Source: an uncultured Candidatus Saccharibacteria bacterium (GTDB lineage Bacteria > Patescibacteriota > Saccharimonadia > Saccharimonadales > AWTP1-31). Taken from it: DNA of 64,000 nt. The DNA lies in contig CALCZR010000060.1 of the NCBI GenBank assembly GCA_937903325.1, positions 210,404-274,403 on the forward strand, in the 5' to 3' direction. The notes under the pieces were generated by a model, which worked only from the letters and a program-made list of their open reading frames with translations, searched no databases and was not told where the DNA came from. Below, piece after piece: positions 9,339 through 16,702 of this stretch (within the stretch, counting starts at the first letter, position 1; each line of letters starts with the position of its first letter). The translations under genes and the position numbers were made by a program.

Positions 9339-10367
9339 ATGCATATGCTAAAAGACGTCTCCCTTGTTAAGCACTCCACCATGCGCCTTGGTGGCAAAGC
9401 AAGCTACCTTACCGAGATTACTGACAAACAAGAGATTCCTGAGGCCCTTGCCTGGGCCGCCAAAGAAAATCTCCCAGTCATGATGATCGGGGACGGTAGT
9501 AATATTGTCTGGGGAGACAAAGGCTTTAAGGGATTAATTCTGATTAACAAGATCATGGGCTTCAAGATCTCCGAACATGACGAAGACGAAGTCTACGTAC
9601 AAGTCGGAGCAGGGGAGAACTGGGACAAGGTAGTTGCCCGCACGGTTACTAAAGACTTGCACGGCATAGAAGCCTTGTCACTCGTTCCCGGAACAGCCGG
9701 GGCCACGCCGGTACAAAACGTTGGAGCCTACGGACAAGATATCTCCCAGACCTTAGTGAGCGTTGAGGTATACGACGCCAAACTCCAAAGCATTGTTACC
9801 CTTCCCGCAGAGGACTGTGGTTTTGGATATCGGACCAGCAGGTTCAAGACCAAGGACCGTGGTCGCTTCTTTATCACTTCACTTATCTTCTGTCTGCAGC
9901 GCACCAATCCAAAAGCCCCGTACTATGACGCTGTCCAGAAATATCTCGATGAGCAGAAGATTACCAAGGTTACTCCTCAGGTACTCCGCGATGCCGTCAT
10001 AGCCATACGGAGCGCTAAACTCCCCGACCCTGCAAAGGTTGCGAACAACGGATCCTTTTTTGCCAACCCCATTGTCACTAAAGCTCGTTTTGAAGCAGTC
10101 TCCCAGCAGTACCCGGACGTTGCTAACTGGCCACTCAAAGATGGCACCTACAAACTATCTGCTGCTTGGCTAATAGAAACTGCTGGCTACAAGAACTTCC
10201 ATGACCTGTATACCGGCATGGCCACCTGGCCCACACAGCCACTAGTATTGGTAAATGAGAAGGCTAAAAGCACTGCTGATCTACTCATATTCAGAAACCG
10301 TATTATGAATGATGTACACCACAAGTTTGGCGTACGTTTGCAGCAAGAGCCAGAACTAATATCATAA
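9339..10367 (+). CDS. murB: UDP-N-acetylmuramate dehydrogenase
   Basis: HSTMRLGGKA...MIGDGSNI...FGYRTSRF...GSFFANP motifs. Start at MHMLKDV. Confidence 0.85.
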   Translation: MHMLKDVSLVKHSTMRLGGKASYLTEITDKQEIPEALAWAAKENLPVMMIGDGSNIVWGDKGFKGLILINKIMGFKISEHDEDEVYVQVGAGENWDKVVARTVTKDLHGIEALSLVPGTAGATPVQNVGAYGQDISQTLVSVEVYDAKLQSIVTLPAEDCGFGYRTSRFKTKDRGRFFITSLIFCLQRTNPKAPYYDAVQKYLDEQKITKVTPQVLRDAVIAIRSAKLPDPAKVANNGSFFANPIVTKARFEAVSQQYPDVANWPLKDGTYKLSAAWLIETAGYKNFHDLYTGMATWPTQPLVLVNEKAKSTADLLIFRNRIMNDVHHKFGVRLQQEPELIS

Positions 10368-10396
10368 CTTTTCTCTAGTTTTGTTATGATGACTAC

Positions 10397-10978
10397 ATGC
10401 AACAACAGATCAACTCCATTGACGAGCTCATTGCACTAGTTAAAGAGAATCAACAATCAGCCGACCGTTTAGTTATTGGCATCTCTGGTTTTGGTGGCTC
10501 TGGTAAATCTACTTTATGCAATAAACTTAGTAGTCGATTTCCAACAGCAACGGTTATACATGTAGATGACTTTATTGAGACTAACGAAGACGGGGCACTG
10601 CCCGGCTACCCGCATGACTGGAATAAGTTCGAAGAGCTTACACTCAAGAGACTCAAGAGCGGCAACTCAGTGACCAGCAAGATCTATGACTGGCAAACTA
10701 ACAAACTTATCAACACTAAAACAACGGTATCACAGCTTATTCTCATAGATGGGCCGGCCACGCTTCTGCAGGAAAAGTACCGTCCATATATTGACCTTTC
10801 TATCTGGCTCGATGTACCTCATGAAGTCGCCACTGCCCGTGGTAAGAAGCGCGACAAAGAAGAGCAAGGTGTTGACCATGACGAACTCTGGGATACTGTA
10901 TGGGCCCCTCTAGAAGCTCAAGGATTCCAAGACAATCGTCCGGATAAGCAAGCAGATATTCTTTTCCCTAATCCTTAG
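10397..10978 (+). CDS. P-loop nucleoside kinase (uridine kinase/PRK family-like)
   Basis: Walker A GISGFGGSGKSTL, 193 aa. Confidence 0.5.
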   Translation: MQQQINSIDELIALVKENQQSADRLVIGISGFGGSGKSTLCNKLSSRFPTATVIHVDDFIETNEDGALPGYPHDWNKFEELTLKRLKSGNSVTSKIYDWQTNKLINTKTTVSQLILIDGPATLLQEKYRPYIDLSIWLDVPHEVATARGKKRDKEEQGVDHDELWDTVWAPLEAQGFQDNRPDKQADILFPNP

Positions 10979-12234
10979 CTGGGTAGTGGGAACTTCAGGG
11001 CAAACTCAGTGATTTCAGCGTGAAGCTTAGCTAACGCCTTTTCGTCTTTTTGGCTCTTTACTGCCTTCTCGATCCATTCAGCCACGAGTTCCATTTCTGC
11101 CTCCTTCATGCCACGGGTCGTAAGAGCAGGGGTACCAAGACGGATACCGCTTGGGTCATATGGAGAACGTGGATCGAATGGCACGGTGTTCTTGTTAACT
11201 GTAATACCAGCAAGTCCCAGAGCTTTCTCCCCTTCCTTGCCACTAATACCTTTATTGTTGAGGTCTACAACCATGAGGTGGTTGTCTGTTCCGCCAGTCA
11301 CCAAGTTAAAGCCACGCTTAATCAGCTCATCTGCGAGCTTACTGGCGTTCTTAGCAATCTGCTTACCATATTCCTTAAATTCTGGAGTCAGCGCTTCGCG
11401 TAGTGCTACCGCAATAGCAGCCGTCTGGTGGTTATGCGGACCACCCTGCAGTCCCGGGATAATAGCCCGGTCAATGAGGGATGGGATATTTTCTACGGTA
11501 CGCTCTGGCTTCTTAAGTGGGTTAGATGGGTTGCCGTTGGCTAGTAGCAGTGCACCACGTGGACCACGGAGTGTCTTGTGGGTCGTCGTCATGGTGACAT
11601 CCACGATACCAATCGGAGATGGATGCACTCCGGCTACGACGAGGCCTGCAATGTGTGAAATGTCAGCAGCTAAAAAGGCACCTACTGAATCGGCAATCTC
11701 CCGCATCTTCTTCCAGTCAATGATTCGAGGATAGGCAGTCGTACCGGCCATGATCAGCTTTGGTTTTTCCTTTAGGGCTAGTTCAGCAATAGCGTCATAG
11801 TCCATAAAGCCATCTTTGTCAGTAGTGTACTGCACCGAATGGTAGGTAGTCCCTGAGAAGTTTACCTTTAGTCCATGGGTCATATGACCACCGTACTGCA
11901 AGCTCATACCCATGACAGTGTCGCCGGGATCTACCAACCCAAAGTAAATCGCCTGGTTAGCTGGGCTACCTGAATACGGTTGCACATTAGCATGTGTCAC
12001 CCCAAACAGCTCCTTGGCCCGATCTCGAGCAATATTCTCTACTTTATCTACAAATTCACAGCCACCGTAGTAGCGCTGCCCTGGATAGCCTTCCGAGTAC
12101 TTATCTGTTAGCCGTGAACCGAGTGCCTCTAGTACATCTCCAGATGTATGATTCTCACTGGGAATCATCTCAAGCCCGACAAGTTGTCGGTTTGTTTCAG
12201 CCTTAATAAGCTTTTCAATGTCTTTGTCTTTCAT
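10975..12234 (-). CDS. glyA: serine hydroxymethyltransferase
   Basis: 419 aa with LEMIPSENHTS, PLP-lysine region TTTTHKTLRGPRG. Confidence 0.95.
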   Translation of the reverse strand: MKDKDIEKLIKAETNRQLVGLEMIPSENHTSGDVLEALGSRLTDKYSEGYPGQRYYGGCEFVDKVENIARDRAKELFGVTHANVQPYSGSPANQAIYFGLVDPGDTVMGMSLQYGGHMTHGLKVNFSGTTYHSVQYTTDKDGFMDYDAIAELALKEKPKLIMAGTTAYPRIIDWKKMREIADSVGAFLAADISHIAGLVVAGVHPSPIGIVDVTMTTTHKTLRGPRGALLLANGNPSNPLKKPERTVENIPSLIDRAIIPGLQGGPHNHQTAAIAVALREALTPEFKEYGKQIAKNASKLADELIKRGFNLVTGGTDNHLMVVDLNNKGISGKEGEKALGLAGITVNKNTVPFDPRSPYDPSGIRLGTPALTTRGMKEAEMELVAEWIEKAVKSQKDEKALAKLHAEITEFALKFPLPS

Positions 12235-12251
12235 TATTTCCCCTCTCTATT

Positions 12252-12308
12252 ACTACATATTGGTAACGATCTTGTCCCTCTGTCGTTACATTTTAGAAAA
12301 TATGTAGT
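12252..12308 (-). promoter_or_regulatory. extended stem-loop in the glyA 5' leader
   Basis: Perfect 10-bp outer stem ACTACATATT/AATATGTAGT enclosing a 7-bp inner stem GTAACGA/TCGTTAC. It ends 17 nt before the glyA ATG, next to the RBS GAGAGGGG, with no U-tract. Confidence 0.45.
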
Positions 12309-12374
12309 GTCGCTAAATCATGCATTCATAGTACCTTATTTACCCCAAACTAGACACCGTAAATATTGCTACAA

Positions 12375-12402
12375 GGCGCTACCTAGGCGCTATATATAGC
12401 GC
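12375..12402. promoter_or_regulatory. candidate operator: GGCGCTA direct repeat plus perfect 16-bp palindrome GCGCTATATATAGCGC
   Basis: GGCGCTA at 12375-12381 and 12386-12392 (11-bp register). Palindrome at 12387-12402 abuts the -35 of the HTH-murA promoter. Confidence 0.4.
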
Positions 12403-12430
12403 TTGTATTTAATACCCCAGGTGGTATACT
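12403..12430 (+). promoter_or_regulatory. candidate sigma70-type promoter of HTH-murA (TTGTAT-N16-TATACT)
   Basis: The -10 ends 11 nt before the ATG at 12442 and there is no SD sequence, so the leader would be very short. Confidence 0.4.
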
Positions 12431-12441
12431 AAACGCTGTCT

Positions 12442-13965
12442 ATGGCAAGTACTAACGAGAAAATCGGCAAACTTATTTACCAAATAAGGCAAGATCGTGG
12501 CTTAACTCAAGCCGCCTTCGCCAAGCAACTTGGCACTAGCCAATCAGCTGTAAACCGTATCGAACACGGCAAACAGAATCTCAGCCTTGAAACTCTTGGG
12601 CGCATCAGTGACGTCCTTAATAAGCCACTTATCCAAATTGGTGAAACTGGTGTGAACCTGAGAGTAGAAGGTGGCCACGAACTACACGGCGATATTACGC
12701 TCAAGAAAAGTAAGAATGCTGCTGTTGCCCTCCTTTGCGCTGCCTTGCTTAACCACGGTGTCACTCGCTTCAAAGCATTTCCTCGCATCGAGGAAGTAAA
12801 CCGCATTGTTGAAGTACTGGAGAGTATTGGCGTAAAGATTAAGTGGCTTCCTAATAACGACATTGAGATCCGTCGACCAGCAGAACTTAATCTTGGAGCC
12901 ATTAATGCCACAGCCGCTCGAAAGACTCGAAGCGTTCTCATGCTCCTCGGCCCCCTCATGCACGAACTCAAGTCCTTTAATATTCCATATGCCGGTGGTT
13001 GTAAGCTTGGCACTCGTACCGTTGAGCCCCACCTGCTAGCTCTGGAACAATTTGGCGTTGGTGTTGTAGCCCGAACCGGCCACTACGAAGTAGTTGTCGA
13101 CAAGAAATTGCCCGAAGACCATGTCGTACTATATGAAGCCGGCAACACAGTTACTAACAATGCCCTGATGGCTGCTGCTCGAAGTAGGGGTACAACCGTT
13201 ATCCATGGTGCCAGTGCTGACTATATGGTCCAGGACCTCTGTATGTTCCTAAAGCGCCTTGGGGTAAAGATCTCCGGTATTGGATCTTCCGTCTTAACCG
13301 TTGAAGGTGTTCCAACCATTAAGAAGAACATTACCTTTGAGCCGACTGAAGACCCCATTGAAGCCATGTTCTTTATTTCAGTTGCTATCACGACCAACTC
13401 GCATATTACGGTTAACCGTGTCCCTATTGACTGGATTGGCCTCGAGCTTTTCAAGCTCAAAGTCATGGGCCTCAACTACAAGACCTCCAAGCGCTATCGT
13501 GCTGCCAATGATGTAACGGATCTCGTAGATCTCGAGATTAACAAACACAACGGTAACCTTATTGCCCCACACGACAAACTCCACCCTAATCTGTGGCCCG
13601 GCATTAACCCCGACAACATTCCCTACTTTGTACCAATTGTCGCTACCGCTAAAGGTCGCACCCTTATCCATGACTGGATCTTCGAGAACCGTGCCATTTA
13701 CTATACTGAAATGACCAAGATTGGCGCCCAAGTAGAACTTGCCGACCCACATCGTGTCTACATACAAGGCCCGACTAAGTTCACCAAAGCTGACGTCGTT
13801 TGTCCACCGGCCCTCCGCCCCGCCAGTCTACTCCTTATCGGCATGCTTGCCGCAGAAGGAACCTCGATCCTGCGTAATGTCTACACTATTAACCGTGGCT
13901 ACGAAGATATAGCCGAACGACTAAATAGCCTCGGCGCCAAGATCACCGTTCTGCACGAACTGTAA
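12442..13965 (+). CDS. murA: XRE-type HTH domain fused to UDP-N-acetylglucosamine 1-carboxyvinyltransferase
   Basis: Residues 1-65 form an HTH (GLTQAAFAKQLGTSQSAVNRIEHGKQNLSLETL). The rest is MurA (KSKNAAVALLCAALL, catalytic Cys in PYAGGCKLGTR, C-terminal INRGYEDIAERL). Single uninterrupted 507-aa ORF. Confidence 0.85.
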   Translation: MASTNEKIGKLIYQIRQDRGLTQAAFAKQLGTSQSAVNRIEHGKQNLSLETLGRISDVLNKPLIQIGETGVNLRVEGGHELHGDITLKKSKNAAVALLCAALLNHGVTRFKAFPRIEEVNRIVEVLESIGVKIKWLPNNDIEIRRPAELNLGAINATAARKTRSVLMLLGPLMHELKSFNIPYAGGCKLGTRTVEPHLLALEQFGVGVVARTGHYEVVVDKKLPEDHVVLYEAGNTVTNNALMAAARSRGTTVIHGASADYMVQDLCMFLKRLGVKISGIGSSVLTVEGVPTIKKNITFEPTEDPIEAMFFISVAITTNSHITVNRVPIDWIGLELFKLKVMGLNYKTSKRYRAANDVTDLVDLEINKHNGNLIAPHDKLHPNLWPGINPDNIPYFVPIVATAKGRTLIHDWIFENRAIYYTEMTKIGAQVELADPHRVYIQGPTKFTKADVVCPPALRPASLLLIGMLAAEGTSILRNVYTINRGYEDIAERLNSLGAKITVLHEL

Positions 13966-13969
13966 GTAC

Positions 13970-14980
13970 CTACAGTTTGTAAGCCGCAATACGAGACACG
14001 TCCATTTGCCAACGATCTGACGAAGCGCTGACAATAGGGCCGCCACCACTCCCACCCATGGCAAGATTAAGAATCACGTAATACTTGTTATCCTCTGTTA
14101 GTGGCCAACCACTTGGGCCTTTCCCGTCTTTCTTATAGGTGAGTAATGTCGTAGCATCAACACCGAGTATTAACGTGTCGGAGCGCCATTCCATCCAGTA
14201 GGTATGCCAACCTGAGGGGTCTGAAAGCTTGTAATCTTTTTCGACGCTCTGGTCATATGTATGTAGCGTAGCCTCAACCATGCTCGAATATGTGCCGTAA
14301 GCTTCCATGATGTCGATCTCTCCGTCCCACATGTAGAAACGATCTTCTTCCCACTTCGCAGCAGTAGGTTTTTGGGCAGAAGTGTGAGGTTGATTCTGTG
14401 ACAGCAGCCAAAATGCGGGCCAGGTACCCTTACCAATTGGTAGCTTAATGCGTGCTTCAAGACGCGTGTTTACGCCTATACTTAACTTGTTACGTGTATC
14501 AATACGTCCCGAGACTATTCCATTACCCTGCCGCAGTGCCTGCAAAGATAAGGCACCGTCGGCTACTCGAACGGTATTCTGCCCTGGCTGGTACACCTGC
14601 GCCTCGTTGTTATATATCGGCAACGTACTGTCCGCAATGTTCCAGCGCGCACTGCTCGGCGTAGAACTCCCGTAGCGAGTAAAGTCTTCTTCCCATATGA
14701 GGTTCTGGGTTGAGAAGCTACCCCCAGGAAGTGTAGACGAAGCAGAACCACCAGACTTATTGACAGTCGTATTAGTGGCAGATATACCCCTAGACTTCTT
14801 ATTTCGGGAGGTTTTAGAACCTTCTACGGCATTAGCGCTCGATTGACGTGACTTTGACACTTCGTCTACCCCTGACGTTTTAGAAGCTTGAACAAGCAAC
14901 CAACCACCGATTAATACTACAAATACAAAGATAGCCGACCCCACAATGATTCGCTTGTTGTCTACTAGTCTCCGTTTCAA
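13970..14980 (-). CDS. membrane-anchored/secreted glycoside hydrolase family 16 (beta-glucanase-like)
   Basis: N-terminal TM, WPAFWLL, catalytic EIDIME motif. Confidence 0.75.
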   Translation of the reverse strand: MKRRLVDNKRIIVGSAIFVFVVLIGGWLLVQASKTSGVDEVSKSRQSSANAVEGSKTSRNKKSRGISATNTTVNKSGGSASSTLPGGSFSTQNLIWEEDFTRYGSSTPSSARWNIADSTLPIYNNEAQVYQPGQNTVRVADGALSLQALRQGNGIVSGRIDTRNKLSIGVNTRLEARIKLPIGKGTWPAFWLLSQNQPHTSAQKPTAAKWEEDRFYMWDGEIDIMEAYGTYSSMVEATLHTYDQSVEKDYKLSDPSGWHTYWMEWRSDTLILGVDATTLLTYKKDGKGPSGWPLTEDNKYYVILNLAMGGSGGGPIVSASSDRWQMDVSRIAAYKL

Positions 14981-15076
14981 TGTACTTATACTATATCCTA
15001 TGTTGCTTAATTATCCATATTATGGTACTATTATCCTTAATATATTAAGAGGCGGTTTGGAGAAACCCTTTCAGGT

Positions 15077-16297
15077 ATGGCACGCAGTAAAACAATGATC
15101 TTTTTTAGTCAGCTTCGCCGGACACCCAGCACGAACCAGTCCGCTACGTTAGTGCCACCCACACGCATTACTCGTTCTCGACGCAAAGCAGTAGCCGGTG
15201 ACAAGCGCTTACAGAAAAAATTAGCGCTGTTATTGCCTGGCCACAATGAAGAACTAATCATTGCGAGCACTATCCGGTCCGCCATTGCAGCTGGTCAGAG
15301 TAAACACGATATCTATGTAGTGAGCGATGGCTCTACTGACAATACCCATTCAGTTGCTACCGCCCTGCTTGGTGAAAGTCATGTACTTTCCGTTGAGCAC
15401 AGTGGCAAGGCCGGGGCAATTAAGAAAGCCCTTGAGCATTTTGACATTGTCAGCCAATACCGCTGGGTACACGTTGCCGACGCTGACAGCATTTTTGGCT
15501 CGAACTATTTCCGCATTTATCGCCGTAAGCTAAATCATAAAAAATATGCAGTAGCTGTTGGGTTTGTACAAAGCCTCCGCGGGAACTGGATAAGCACCTA
15601 TCGTGCGGCAACCTATGCCTACAGTCAACACGTAAACCGTCGAGTACAGTCAAAGTTTAATATGATCTCTGTTTTCCCTGGTCCGATCACCTGCTTCCGC
15701 ACTGATATCCTTAAGGATCTGGATTTTGAAGCCAACTCACTAACTGAAGACTTTGATATCACCCTACAGGTTCACCGAAAGAAGCTCGGTAAAGTCTTGT
15801 TCATTCCGCAAGCAGTCAATTACACCCAAGATCCACAGACGTACCGCGATTTCTGTAAGCAGAATTTTCGCTGGCAGCGCGGCTTCTTCCAGGGTGTAAA
15901 GAAGCACCGCATTGGCACCAAATTACAGCCCATTGACATTAGTTTAAATATCCAAATGCTTCAGGCAGTTTTGTATTTACTACAAATGTTCATTCTTATG
16001 CCATATCTGATCATCACCAACCATAACTGGATGTACTTGCCCGTAGCTCTAACTGCTGATTTCATATTAACCGGCACAATTACTTTGGCTTCTTCCGTAG
16101 TTATTAAGCGTTGGAACCTCTTCGGTACTATGCCCTATTTCTACCTCCTCCGTTGGACTGAGATAGCTATATTCGTGACCGCTTTTGTAGAAGTAATGAT
16201 ACTTAAGCGCTTCCAGGTAGTGGCACATGGCTGGAGTACCGCTGGACGCCGCTACCAAGTTAGTGCTGAAGCACTCAAAGATGTTGCTGGCGCCTAG
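15077..16297 (+). CDS. processive family-2 glycosyltransferase with C-terminal TM domain
   Basis: VVSDGSTDNT (DxD region), TEDFD, QNFRW (QxxRW, nt 15860-15874), about 4 C-terminal TM helices. Confidence 0.75.
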   Translation: MARSKTMIFFSQLRRTPSTNQSATLVPPTRITRSRRKAVAGDKRLQKKLALLLPGHNEELIIASTIRSAIAAGQSKHDIYVVSDGSTDNTHSVATALLGESHVLSVEHSGKAGAIKKALEHFDIVSQYRWVHVADADSIFGSNYFRIYRRKLNHKKYAVAVGFVQSLRGNWISTYRAATYAYSQHVNRRVQSKFNMISVFPGPITCFRTDILKDLDFEANSLTEDFDITLQVHRKKLGKVLFIPQAVNYTQDPQTYRDFCKQNFRWQRGFFQGVKKHRIGTKLQPIDISLNIQMLQAVLYLLQMFILMPYLIITNHNWMYLPVALTADFILTGTITLASSVVIKRWNLFGTMPYFYLLRWTEIAIFVTAFVEVMILKRFQVVAHGWSTAGRRYQVSAEALKDVAGA

Positions 16298-16335
16298 CTG
16301 TCTACATATTAGAGAAAACTCACGCTCATCTTAAA

Positions 16336-16370
16336 AACAAAAAAGCCCCGTAGAAAGGGGCTTTTTTGTT
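16336..16370. terminator. bidirectional rho-independent terminator
   Basis: A-run, GCCCC-GTAGAAA-GGGGC, T-run. Lies between the convergent GT2 gene and the 53-aa ORF. Confidence 0.8.
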
Positions 16371-16383
16371 TGTGTAAAGCTAC

Positions 16384-16545
16384 TTAGCTCTTAGACGATA
16401 CGATCTTTGAGATAAAGAAAGTAGCAACGCCTAGTACTAACATACTGGCACCGGTAACAAATAGTACTTTGTTATCGCCGGTTACAGCCAAGGTAGTAAC
16501 ACCTGTGACAGCTGAGCTTGCGCCCAAAATCTTTGGTCCGTACAT
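16384..16545 (-). CDS. unannotated 53-aa membrane micro-protein with LAVTG motif
   Basis: Below the ORF-track size cut-off. Hand translation: MYGPKILGASSAVTGVTTLAVTGDNKVLFVTGASMLVLGVATFFISKIVSSKS. RBS TAAGGAG lies 8 nt upstream and a terminator follows directly. Confidence 0.6.
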   Translation of the reverse strand: MYGPKILGASSAVTGVTTLAVTGDNKVLFVTGASMLVLGVATFFISKIVSSKS

Positions 16546-16702
16546 GTTTATAACTCCTTATAACACAATGACTTAAGCCTCATTATACATATTTATGCGC
16601 TTCTGTAAAGTATATTATGTTAGCGCTTGTGTTTATATAAGGTTATGGTGTTACAATATTTCCATTAATTCGTATAACAGGTAAGTGTGCAGAGGTAATT
16701 AC

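Noticed and set aside
11050-12206. Plus-strand ORFs of 117, 208 and 70 aa
   Set aside because: They are antisense to glyA, with Ser/Pro/Arg-rich products and no RBS.
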